Shown: positions 26,948-35,133 of the stretch, one piece after another | Position numbering within the stretch: the first letter of the stretch is position 1 | Layout of the letters: every line of letters begins with the position of its first letter | IMG/VR virus record: IMGVR_UViG_3300002092_000110 | Span: 1-35,297 of that record | Strand: one strand, 5' to 3' | DNA length: 35,297 nucleotides | Source of the DNA: a virus | Taxonomy: Duplodnaviria > Caudoviricetes | Notes under the pieces: generated by a model | Told to the model about the DNA's origin: nothing | The model's database searches: none | The model's input: only the letters and a program-made list of their open reading frames with translations | Translations under genes and position numbers: made by a program

Positions 26948-27283
26948 TTATTTTATAAACTTATTGTTTTTATATTTATCCCCAACTTTAACTACAGTAA
27001 GGTCTAATATTTGAATAATTTTTGGATTACTTAATAAGATAGCAGCTAATTTTTCTTGACAATGCATAATTTCTACTACTTCATCATCTAGTATAAAAGC
27101 AAGATGTTTAGTTATAGATGAGGTATCCGGCAACAAATTTTGTTCTATAATGCTTTTTATCTGTAAATCTTTATACCAATGAAAATGAAACCCTAATTTA
27201 TGAGGTAAAGATTTTACAAAATTTGTTCTTTTATTTTTTTTGTATTGTCGAAGTTCTTCTTTGTACCGATTTTTAGTTGCCAT
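26948..27283 (-). CDS. Hypothetical protein, paralogue of 25056-25319
   Basis: HLAFILDDEVVEIMHCQEKLAAILLSNP...VGDKYKNNKF. Confidence 0.7.
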   Translation of the reverse strand: MATKNRYKEELRQYKKNKRTNFVKSLPHKLGFHFHWYKDLQIKSIIEQNLLPDTSSITKHLAFILDDEVVEIMHCQEKLAAILLSNPKIIQILDLTVVKVGDKYKNNKFIK

Positions 27284-27291
27284 TTTTATCC

Positions 27292-28413
27292 CTAAATTGT
27301 TATAAAGTCTACTTCATAACTAGAAAATGTAGTTCCTTGAGCATAAGTTGCTGGAGCAAGAATCATACCATGAGTTGTAGTTGCTGTGTAACTTGGGGCT
27401 GTATAGGTCTGATCAGAGCCAATTTGGGTACCAAACCCTGAAGCTGAATAAGCACTAACTGTTATGTTTCCTGTAGATCCTTTAATTAACGTTTTAAGGC
27501 CAACAATTAAAGAAGCAAAAGTAAATGTTATTGCAGTAGTAATTGTTCCAGATGTAGATTTAAGAACATTTACTGCATAGGCAGTAGAATAGGTAGTCGT
27601 ATTATACGCCGCATTAGTTCCAGTAGCACAAGTATTTGTACTTGCCGCGTTACTGCCAGTAGCACAAGGATTTGAACTTCCCGCATTAGTTCCGTTAGAA
27701 CAAGGATAATTATAAGTTGGGTTAGTTCCAGAACAAGAATAATTAGTAGCTGGGTTAGTTCCCTTAGCACAGGTATAGGAAATGTAATATGAGCCATAAA
27801 CCTGACTATAACAAGTGCCCATTATAGGATTTCCAGGAGTAGAACAAGTACCAAAAAAAGTATTGCCACCAGCAGTGCAGGTGCCCATTATAGGATTTCC
27901 AGCCGTAAAGCATGTACCATAATTAGTATTTCCAGGAGAATAGCAAGTTCCATAGTTAGTACTACTAGGTACAGATGTAACTGTAGCAGTTTGAATTGCG
28001 TCAGTAGTTGTAGCCCACCAATTATTGCTATCAGTTACCCAAAAAGCAGCACCAACACCTGGGGTTACATTATCCTGAATAATGGTTACATCTGTAGAAC
28101 CAAAATCAATAGTTGCAATTGGGTATGTGCTAGCAGCAGAGTTAGCGGTAGCTTTATTGGCTACAATGCCCCAAGCACCGCGGATGTTATTCCAAGTTTT
28201 AATTCCATCAGGAGATCCTAAAGAAGTTGCGCTTGTAGTGCGTTGAAAATTGTCTAGAAAAATAGATAAAAACCATTTCTTCCATGCACCGCTAACTTTA
28301 ACCCAACCAGAAATTACGTTGTGCCAGCTAGAAGATCCCCCAACAGTTACCTTTACAAGTATAGTTTTAGCGGCATGGTTCCAAGAACCACCTACTTTAA
28401 GTTGACCTTGCAT
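27292..28413 (-). CDS. Tail fibre/receptor-binding-like protein with a 10-Cys periodic insert (373 aa)
   Basis: N-terminal KVGGSW/VKVSGAWK repeats; DNFQR...LG...W lectin-like domain interrupted by Cys repeats; start corrected to ATG 28413 (TAATG). Confidence 0.75.
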   Translation of the reverse strand: MQGQLKVGGSWNHAAKTILVKVTVGGSSSWHNVISGWVKVSGAWKKWFLSIFLDNFQRTTSATSLGSPDGIKTWNNIRGAWGIVANKATANSAASTYPIATIDFGSTDVTIIQDNVTPGVGAAFWVTDSNNWWATTTDAIQTATVTSVPSSTNYGTCYSPGNTNYGTCFTAGNPIMGTCTAGGNTFFGTCSTPGNPIMGTCYSQVYGSYYISYTCAKGTNPATNYSCSGTNPTYNYPCSNGTNAGSSNPCATGSNAASTNTCATGTNAAYNTTTYSTAYAVNVLKSTSGTITTAITFTFASLIVGLKTLIKGSTGNITVSAYSASGFGTQIGSDQTYTAPSYTATTTHGMILAPATYAQGTTFSSYEVDFITI

Positions 28414-29336
28414 TATACGTAAACCAACCAAACATCCCCATCAAGATATCCTGTGGTAGTAGAAGGCGCTGCAGTGTTTAAATAAATATTACGAACTACG
28501 CCAGAAGATGTGCTTGCTGCAGTAACTGAGGCATTAGATGTAGCTAGGTAGGCAGTTGGAGTAACCCATGTGGCGGTTGTTCCATTACTAGTTAAAACGG
28601 TTCCAGTTGTTCCTATAGCGAGTCTAGATACAGTCCCAGCTCCTGACCCAAGAATAAGATCTCCGGCCGTTGTAACGGTCGCTAGAGGGATTTTAGAGGT
28701 ATCTGTAGGGATAGCCCAGGCAGCAGTAGTGCCGTTGCTGACAAGAGCATAACCAGAAGTACCGATACCAAGACGAGATACCGTAGAACTTCCAGTACCT
28801 ACTATAAGATCACCGGCGGTTGTTACGGTAGATAGAGGAATTTTAGCTGCGGCTAAGTTGCTGGCGGCAGTAGTTGCTGAAGTAAGAGTTGTATAATCTG
28901 AACTACCTACATAGAGAATGTTACTTCCGCTAACTTGCGGAATACCCAAATAATTAAGAGTAAACCCAGCGGTTGTAAATAAGTTATTAGTACCTGAGCT
29001 TGTAGTAAGAGTTAATCCTGGAGCACCAGTAGATGTAGATACGGAAATAGTACTTCCACCAGATTTAGAAACATAAGGTGCAGAAGTAACTCCAGATAAA
29101 AGTCCTGCTTCAATATTAGCAATACGATCATAGACTGTACCCCAAGTTGTACCTTGAGAGAAAGAGCCGGACCATGTTGATACCAAAGGGTTCTGAGACG
29201 ATGCGGCACTACCAAGAACAGTTTCAATCTGCTTAACTTCTTCTTGAAGGGAGTTAACGTTATCAGCAATAACGGTGTTGACAAGGTCCTGTTGAGCAGT
29301 ATAGTTTCGTACGCTATTAGGATATACAGCGGTCAT
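28413..29336 (-). CDS. Minor tail/fibre protein
   Basis: N-terminal A..VN.LQEEV..IET.LG coil; two copies of KIPL.TVTTAGDLI.G.G..TVSRL.IGT.G..L.SNGTTA.W; C-terminal P......DGDVWL; SD AAGGAG. Confidence 0.8.
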   Translation of the reverse strand: MTAVYPNSVRNYTAQQDLVNTVIADNVNSLQEEVKQIETVLGSAASSQNPLVSTWSGSFSQGTTWGTVYDRIANIEAGLLSGVTSAPYVSKSGGSTISVSTSTGAPGLTLTTSSGTNNLFTTAGFTLNYLGIPQVSGSNILYVGSSDYTTLTSATTAASNLAAAKIPLSTVTTAGDLIVGTGSSTVSRLGIGTSGYALVSNGTTAAWAIPTDTSKIPLATVTTAGDLILGSGAGTVSRLAIGTTGTVLTSNGTTATWVTPTAYLATSNASVTAASTSSGVVRNIYLNTAAPSTTTGYLDGDVWLVYV

Positions 29337-29360
29337 GATTCTCCTTTTTGTATAGCAGTT

Positions 29361-29369
29361 ACTATATCA
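29361..29369 (-). promoter_or_regulatory. Candidate extended -10 promoter
   Basis: TG-A-TATAGT on the minus strand, about 25 nt upstream of ATG 29336. Confidence 0.45.
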
Positions 29370-29382
29370 GACTACGTATGTC

Positions 29383-30042
29383 TTATCTAACCCAAACCAT
29401 TCCTACATCTGCTGTGGGGCGCAAGTTAGATCCTTTCCATCCGCCGTCAATCCAGCTTTGGGAATGCTCACTAACCCACTTTTTAAGGCTTCCAATAGGA
29501 TACCAATTAAGGGGCTCTTGTAAATGGTGCTCAATAAACTGTGGGGCAAAGAACTCATAGCCAAGTTCTTCTAGGTACTTTAGTTGTGCCTCGTGCTCAT
29601 CTAAGGTTTCCTGTGTCCACTCAAATGTAAGCATTCCCATCTTACGAGTCATGCCACGTAGAACAACCCATTCGGCCCCTTCTACATCTATCTTAATAAG
29701 ATCAGGCTCACCGTATATCTCAGCAAGCTTATCTATGGTAATAGTTGTAGCCTTAATAGTTCTAAAGGGTTTACCGTTATACGGCATAGCCTCATCTGTT
29801 AACCAGGTTTTTTCTAAAGAAGAAAGTCCATCTTCTTGAGCCTCATAGAATTCAACTACCTCATCTGAGGTATCTGAGACCGCTAATTTAAGAGGGATTA
29901 CATTTGGGTTGTAGATAAAGTTTGATACCAGCGCCTTATATATCCTAGGTGCTGGTTCAAGAGCAATTACCTTATAACCTTTTTCTACCCCAACAACTGT
30001 AGCATCTCCCCTATTAGCCCCAATATCAAAGAAGACGTTCAA
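29383..30042 (-). CDS. FkbM-family SAM-dependent methyltransferase
   Basis: FDIGANRG, ALEP, AVSD, TIDKL...PDLIKIDVEGAE..VL.GM. Confidence 0.92.
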   Translation of the reverse strand: MNVFFDIGANRGDATVVGVEKGYKVIALEPAPRIYKALVSNFIYNPNVIPLKLAVSDTSDEVVEFYEAQEDGLSSLEKTWLTDEAMPYNGKPFRTIKATTITIDKLAEIYGEPDLIKIDVEGAEWVVLRGMTRKMGMLTFEWTQETLDEHEAQLKYLEELGYEFFAPQFIEHHLQEPLNWYPIGSLKKWVSEHSQSWIDGGWKGSNLRPTADVGMVWVR

Positions 30043-30577
30043 GATTAGACTCCACAGCTTTACGGTAGTCCTCAGCTAAATCTTGAGCCTTTAAATCAGT
30101 AAGAAGTTTAACGGATTCTTCTTTACGACCAATCCACCAGGCACTTACTGCTTTTTCAAACTCAAGTACGTACTCTCCGTGATACCCGACGTCTGCAGGA
30201 AGTGGTTCATAGGCAGGAACAGAGAGTCCCATCTCAGCCCATGTGTAACACTCTTGCCAAGCACCTCGGCGCTCATGGAACTGTGACATAAGGAAGTAAG
30301 CTTCTGGACGTTCTGGCAGGTGTGCTACCGCTTGCAGAATGCAGTTACTAACTGTGTTAACCCTGTCGTTCTGGTCTGCAAAACAACCAGCCATACGGAG
30401 TAAAGAGTTGTAAACAATAACTGGATGCGTGCCTACGCCATACTCTGCTGCTCGGAGGTAAAAAGAAACAGCAGATGCTGTTTGGTTAATACTCTGATAT
30501 TCAACAGCGCACTTAAAGTTTAACTCAGGATTAAATGGGTCTGTAGAAAGCTCAACTACTAACTGCTCAATTTTCAT
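30026..30577 (-). CDS. TPR-like helical repeat protein
   Basis: A.SFYLRAAE, AV...PERPEAYF, AVSAWWIG..EES; SD AAGGAGG. Confidence 0.8.
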   Translation of the reverse strand: MKIEQLVVELSTDPFNPELNFKCAVEYQSINQTASAVSFYLRAAEYGVGTHPVIVYNSLLRMAGCFADQNDRVNTVSNCILQAVAHLPERPEAYFLMSQFHERRGAWQECYTWAEMGLSVPAYEPLPADVGYHGEYVLEFEKAVSAWWIGRKEESVKLLTDLKAQDLAEDYRKAVESNLERLL

Positions 30578-31226
30578 AAGCTAGCGCCTCCTTAGAACCT
30601 TTTTTTAAATTGCAAATTGCATGAGCAGGCCTAACGTTCTTCAATGTGTGCTCCCCTCCTTTAGATAAAGCTGTCACATGTTCTAAATGCAAACCTTTTT
30701 CCCATCCAATAGCCTTGCCAACCTCACCAGATACAAAGAAGTCTATAGGCGTACGGCATATATAACAATTTAATCCATATAAACTAATAACGTCTTCAAC
30801 TGTAAAATCTTCTGTAGTAACTTTGGCTTTTAACGCCCTTCTTCTGCGTGATTTGACATTGTATATTTCTTTGTTTGCTTGGTAATGAGCCCTATTACTA
30901 GCTCTGGATTTTTCTTTATCGTAGGAAATCATATACTCTTTATTCTTAGCACTTAGCTCTTCTTTATTATTTTTCCAATATTGAGCGCAATACTCCTTAT
31001 GTTTTTTTAATCTTTGAGGGTGTTGACGTTGAAGAGAAATTTTGTTTTTGTTTTTTTCATAATTTTTGCGAGACATATATTGCCTGTGCAACTTATTAGC
31101 CTCATATTGTTCTTTGCTTTTACGTGCATTAGCATCTTTACATGGTTGGCAAGGAAATTCTTTTAGACGTATGTGGGCGTTATAATTACTAAGCGTTCCG
31201 CATTTGCTAAAGTCTAAGGTGCTCAC
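30567..31226 (-). CDS. HNH endonuclease (probable free-standing homing endonuclease)
   Basis: N-terminal CGT...Y..H....PC..C Zn motif, basic helical region, CYIC...LEHV.ALSKGG.H...N..PAH..CN..KG. Confidence 0.9.
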   Translation of the reverse strand: MSTLDFSKCGTLSNYNAHIRLKEFPCQPCKDANARKSKEQYEANKLHRQYMSRKNYEKNKNKISLQRQHPQRLKKHKEYCAQYWKNNKEELSAKNKEYMISYDKEKSRASNRAHYQANKEIYNVKSRRRRALKAKVTTEDFTVEDVISLYGLNCYICRTPIDFFVSGEVGKAIGWEKGLHLEHVTALSKGGEHTLKNVRPAHAICNLKKGSKEALAYEN

Positions 31227-31228
31227 AA

Positions 31229-32221
31229 TTAACCTTCATAACTTAAAGCTTGAAGAATCAAATCCTCTACCACGGCTTTAGGGGTTCTTAATACAAATGC
31301 CGCATTATCTTGAAACCCAAATGAGATAAGTAAATCGCCTTCATGAATAGCCGCACCTACGCAGAACTCTATACGCCCATCTAGGAAACTGAATGGTTCA
31401 CCTAAACCGACTAGATTTAATTGATTATCCCAGACACAAAGCCTGTGTTTATATATGCCATCTTTTTGCCCTAAATAATTCTTAAATAGGTCTACTTCAT
31501 GAGTTATGCTGATATACATATTTCCCCAGCGTATTACTTGTGAGCTACCACGTTGATCTTTATTAGGTTTAATACCCTGTCGTAAGCTTACTTGTTTGCA
31601 CTCTTCCCCAGATAATTCAACTACCTCTACTGGGCTAGTCCACTTAATAAACTTATTTGGCTTATCAATTATCGGCACCCAGTTTTTTTCACAGTAAGAA
31701 GTATCTGGCTCTGGTGCGGAAATACGGGTGCGTTTAACTTCTTTAGCAGTCCAGTTGGTTTTATCTAATTCGATTACTGTCTTTTCCATGCGCCCTATTC
31801 CGCTAGTGGTTGTATCTCGGCGCACACCAATTAAACAGTATTCGTTATCCCATTGGACTAAGCGAGCATCTTCTAATCCTACAAATTCCCAGATAGGTTT
31901 ATGCAGTTCTAGCATCTCTACTCTGGCGTAATCAGTCATGACTAAATCTTTACCAAGGCGACAGATGTAATTCTCTGTAACTAAACGCTGGTCTTTCTCT
32001 GGGTGTAAATAACCAAGTGGACCCCAGCGACTAGGAAATCTTTGCTCGCCTTCTGCGTGGTATAGCGTGTAATTAACATGGCGCAGATTGACTAATATAT
32101 CGCCGTCATTATCTATAAATATAGATGGGTTCATTAAGCCAGTACCAGAGGTAAGACCTTCTGAGATAACCAGGGGGGCTAGTTTACCGCCGTGTTGTAC
32201 CGATTTTTGCACTAGGTTCAT
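31229..32221 (-). CDS. Five-bladed beta-propeller glycosidase/phosphorylase-like protein
   Basis: NPSI, GLEDARL, EKNWVP, RGSSQ, Y.HR, IEFCVG, ISFG.QD recall GH130/GH43-like propellers. Confidence 0.75.
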   Translation of the reverse strand: MNLVQKSVQHGGKLAPLVISEGLTSGTGLMNPSIFIDNDGDILVNLRHVNYTLYHAEGEQRFPSRWGPLGYLHPEKDQRLVTENYICRLGKDLVMTDYARVEMLELHKPIWEFVGLEDARLVQWDNEYCLIGVRRDTTTSGIGRMEKTVIELDKTNWTAKEVKRTRISAPEPDTSYCEKNWVPIIDKPNKFIKWTSPVEVVELSGEECKQVSLRQGIKPNKDQRGSSQVIRWGNMYISITHEVDLFKNYLGQKDGIYKHRLCVWDNQLNLVGLGEPFSFLDGRIEFCVGAAIHEGDLLISFGFQDNAAFVLRTPKAVVEDLILQALSYEG

Positions 32222-32234
32222 AAAGTTAAGTGTA
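32222..32234 (-). promoter_or_regulatory. Candidate -10 box for a leaderless transcript
   Basis: TACACT (32234-32229), 7 nt, then ATG 32221; no SD. Confidence 0.45.
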
Positions 32235-32248
32235 CTTTATATGTACGA

Positions 32249-32566
32249 TTATGAGACCTGTGCTTTTAATGCCTGAAGAATTGCATTAGATTTAGTCATC
32301 TCAAGAGTCTCTGTACGAATTAGTTTTCTGCAATCATCCGCATACCAAAGCCGTGATATCAATTCAACATCTGCCATATCTTCAATTCCCGCAATTGCAT
32401 CATGCTGAGAAGATGCACCCCTATGGCTAATTAAATTTGCTGGCCACTCCGCAGGCAATGTAGCAAGAATTGCTTGGTACATAACTATATTTTGTTGATA
32501 TTGAGCAACTTCAGCCTCACGAGTTTGAATTGCACTTGCTAATGGGTCTGTATTTGTATCTGTCAT
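32249..32566 (-). CDS. Helical hypothetical protein (possible fibre chaperone)
   Basis: 105 aa, coiled-coil-like; SD AAGGA; follows the propeller fibre gene. Confidence 0.65.
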   Translation of the reverse strand: MTDTNTDPLASAIQTREAEVAQYQQNIVMYQAILATLPAEWPANLISHRGASSQHDAIAGIEDMADVELISRLWYADDCRKLIRTETLEMTKSNAILQALKAQVS

Positions 32567-32586
32567 TTTATTTTCCTTTGTTAGTT

Positions 32587-33651
32587 TTAACCAAATTGTA
32601 CATCATAAACCGTTCCCGCGGGTAACGTTGCTGGATTTGAGTATTTTGTTCCAAATGACGAGCCTGTAAATGGGTATGCATAAATACTATTGTCTATATT
32701 GGAAGACGTAGCAATTTCAGTTCCGTAAGGACTAAATACTCCATTTACAAAAGTATATGTACCACTTGGATTTGTTATAGACGGACCAGATATTTTTGTT
32801 CCAAATCCCGATGTTGAAACAGGATAAATACCAAAAAATATATACGGAGATGGAATTCCAGCGTAGGCATTTGAAGTTACATTAAGATAAAAATTTCCTA
32901 ACTGGTTAAAACTTCCCCGATAAGATTCGTTTGATCCTGCTGTAGCAATTCTTGTTCCAAAACCCACACCAGGACTCCAATTAATTAATGATAAATTTGG
33001 ACTAACTGCTGCAACCATAAGCAAAGTTCCTGTTGGATCTGTAGAATAACCTTGATAGTTTGTTCCACTTAAAATATATGATGGATTTGAATATTGTGAT
33101 CCCCACCCAGTTCCAGATGTAAAAGACCAAGCACTCATTAATGAAGTAGATGCTGACCCACCTTGAAATACATCGTCTCCAACAGCACTTACACATCCGC
33201 CGTAAGTATTGGCATAAGTCATAACTGTAGATGAGTCAGTATACTTTGTACCAAATCCAGAACCAGTCCATGGCCATGCTGATGGAACGTTATTTTTATT
33301 AATAATAACATCTTTGTTTGATGTTGTAAAATTTACACCAATGGCGGCAGTTGTTGGTAAAGTTGCGGGATTAGAAACTTTTGTTCCAAATCCAGTATTT
33401 GTTACTGTGTATACCTGCATAAATGGAGATGCATTGCATCCTGATATAAAATAATTACTTGATGTTGAAAATTTAGAATTTTGTCTACTTGAACCTGCTA
33501 CACTTGCTGCAGATGCGGGATCTGAAAATTTTGTTCCAATTCCTGATCCCCTAACCCAAGGATACAATTGAACATATGGCGATGAAAAAGACATTACCGA
33601 TAAATAATTTAATTTTGATGCTCCTGAAAAAACATTACCTAAAATTGGCAT
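32587..33651 (-). CDS. Seven-repeat beta-propeller adhesin/fibre-tip-like protein (354 aa)
   Basis: Seven G[FIW]G[TS][KQR]-type repeats (e.g. GFGTKVSNPATLP, SFGTKYSNPATLP); start corrected to ATG 33651 (TAATG). Confidence 0.75.
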   Translation of the reverse strand: MPILGNVFSGASKLNYLSVMSFSSPYVQLYPWVRGSGIGTKFSDPASAASVAGSSRQNSKFSTSSNYFISGCNASPFMQVYTVTNTGFGTKVSNPATLPTTAAIGVNFTTSNKDVIINKNNVPSAWPWTGSGFGTKYTDSSTVMTYANTYGGCVSAVGDDVFQGGSASTSLMSAWSFTSGTGWGSQYSNPSYILSGTNYQGYSTDPTGTLLMVAAVSPNLSLINWSPGVGFGTRIATAGSNESYRGSFNQLGNFYLNVTSNAYAGIPSPYIFFGIYPVSTSGFGTKISGPSITNPSGTYTFVNGVFSPYGTEIATSSNIDNSIYAYPFTGSSFGTKYSNPATLPAGTVYDVQFG

Positions 33652-34973
33652 TAGGAGATATCTCCTAGCACTGTAAAGGAAGGAGTTGCTCCCCCAACTG
33701 TACAAATTACACTTGCACCTGAATATTGTGCTCTTAATTTTGGAGCCGCTACAACTGCTGCTGCAGAAGTAACTGTTACTCCTGAACCAACTGCAAAAGT
33801 AGTTTGTCCTGTTCCAATTTGTTGGACATGTATTTGGTCATTTGCACTAAACACAGAGGGCGGAATAGTAAGAGTAATTGAAGAAGCGTTATTCAAAGTA
33901 ACCAATTTATTTAGGTCACTTGCTTGTAATGTGTAGGTTGTTGTTCCAACACTCTGTATACCTACAAGTAATCCTGCACCTAAAGAACCTTGTAAACCTG
34001 TTGTTCCTTGTAATCCTGTTAAACCTTGTAAACCTGTTGTTCCTTGTAATCCAGTAAAACCTTGTAATCCAGTAAAACCTTGTAATCCAGTAAAACCTTG
34101 TAGTCCTGTTAAACCTTGGGTACCAGTAGTTCCTTGAATACCAGTAAGTCCCTGTGTACCTGTAGTTCCTTGCGCACCATTTGCGCCATTAGTTCCCGCG
34201 TTACCTTGTAAACCGATTAAGCCTTGTAAACCAGTTTGTCCAATAATGCCTTGCGTACCAGTTGTACCCTGATTACCTAATAGTCCTTGTGTGCCTGTTG
34301 TGCCTTGAATACCAATAGTACCTTGGCGTCCTTGAAGTCCTTGCGTACCAGTAGTGCCTTGAGAACCTGTAGAACCAGTTGTTCCAGTTGTACCCTGTGC
34401 TCCAGTTGTTCCCTGACTACCAGTTGTTCCAGTAGTACCTTGTAGTCCTGTTAAACCTTGGGTACCAGTAGTTCCTTGCGTACCAGTAGTGCCTTGACTG
34501 CCAGTAGTTCCTTGAATGCCTTGAGTACCTGTAGTTCCTTGAACTCCTTGTAAACCTTGTAAACCTTGGGTGCCTTGAACTCCTTGTAACTGTGCGTAAC
34601 CAAAACCTTGCAGGCCTTGTACGCCTTGAACTCCTTGAGCTCCTTGTGTTCCTTGTAGACCTTGTAGACCTTGTAGACCTTGAACGCCTTGTAAACCTTG
34701 TGTTCCTTGAATACCTTGTAATTGCGCATAACCAAAGCCTTGTGTGCCTTGTATTCCTTGAACTCCTTGAACACCTTGTGTTCCTTGGGGACCTTGGGGA
34801 CCTTGAATGCCTTGCGTTCCTTGTAATCCAGTAGCGCCTTGCAACCCTGTTGTTCCTTGAATTCCCTGTAGTTGCGCATAGCCAAGTCCCTGAACGCCTT
34901 GTACACCTTGCGCGCCAACAACAATCGGAAGCCATTGGTTTGAAGTTGTGTCGTAGTACATTAGTTGCGACAT
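33651..34973 (-). CDS. Collagen-like fibre protein (440 aa)
   Basis: Long G-X-Y run (GLQ/GTQ/GTT/GVQ); C-terminal TYTL..SD..K...N...IT.TIP...Q.GTG domain; start corrected to ATG 34973. Confidence 0.92.
   Translation of the reverse strand: MSQLMYYDTTSNQWLPIVVGAQGVQGVQGLGYAQLQGIQGTTGLQGATGLQGTQGIQGPQGPQGTQGVQGVQGIQGTQGFGYAQLQGIQGTQGLQGVQGLQGLQGLQGTQGAQGVQGVQGLQGFGYAQLQGVQGTQGLQGLQGVQGTTGTQGIQGTTGSQGTTGTQGTTGTQGLTGLQGTTGTTGSQGTTGAQGTTGTTGSTGSQGTTGTQGLQGRQGTIGIQGTTGTQGLLGNQGTTGTQGIIGQTGLQGLIGLQGNAGTNGANGAQGTTGTQGLTGIQGTTGTQGLTGLQGFTGLQGFTGLQGFTGLQGTTGLQGLTGLQGTTGLQGSLGAGLLVGIQSVGTTTYTLQASDLNKLVTLNNASSITLTIPPSVFSANDQIHVQQIGTGQTTFAVGSGVTVTSAAAVVAAPKLRAQYSGASVICTVGGATPSFTVLGDIS
33980..34917 (-). 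repeat. Collagen-coding 9/18-bp degenerate tandem repeats
   Basis: For example CCTTGTAATCCAGTAAAA x3 near 34042-34095, and a segment of about 40 bp duplicated near 34096 and 34438. Confidence 0.9.
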
Positions 34974-35125
34974 TAAATATCCTCTAGTTGCGTTTCGGAA
35001 GTAAGAGTATACTCGCCCTGCCCGCAAATATTGCACTTAGTCATAACCTGAGCATCACTTTCGTTGCGAATTTCAACATAGAAGTGATTGCAGCAAGTTG
35101 AGTTGTATTCGTATTTAATAGCCAT
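34973..35125 (-). CDS. Small zinc-ribbon protein (50 aa), missed by ORF track
   Basis: MAIKYEYNSTCCNHFYVEIRNESDAQVMTKCNICGQGEYTLTSETQLEDI; SD AGGAG; TAATG overlap with the collagen gene. Confidence 0.8.
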   Translation of the reverse strand: MAIKYEYNSTCCNHFYVEIRNESDAQVMTKCNICGQGEYTLTSETQLEDI

Positions 35126-35133
35126 TTTATCTC

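Noticed and set aside
27600-27960. Diversity-generating retroelement target
   Set aside because: No reverse transcriptase and no template/variable repeat pair differing at adenines in the window; the 22-bp duplicate is an internal coding repeat
29383-30042. DNA methyltransferase/restriction-modification with the HNH
   Set aside because: Motifs are FkbM-type (KIDVEGAE), with no DPPY/NPPY or PCQ catalytic motif
1036-34834. All plus-strand ORFs in the track
   Set aside because: Short, antisense to well-supported minus-strand genes, with no recognisable motifs
33980-34917. CRISPR-like array
   Set aside because: Repeats are in-frame collagen codons with no unique spacers
34417-34935. Alternative-frame repetitive ORFs (172, 157 and 80 aa) over the collagen gene
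   Set aside because: Shadow frames of the G-X-Y codon repeat; no SD and fully nested
2920-35036. Long N-terminal extensions given by the ORF track (starts 3279, 5179, 12339, 23111, 24015, 26261, 28431, 33705, 35036)
   Set aside because: They overlap upstream genes extensively; downstream starts with stop/start coupling or an SD fit better
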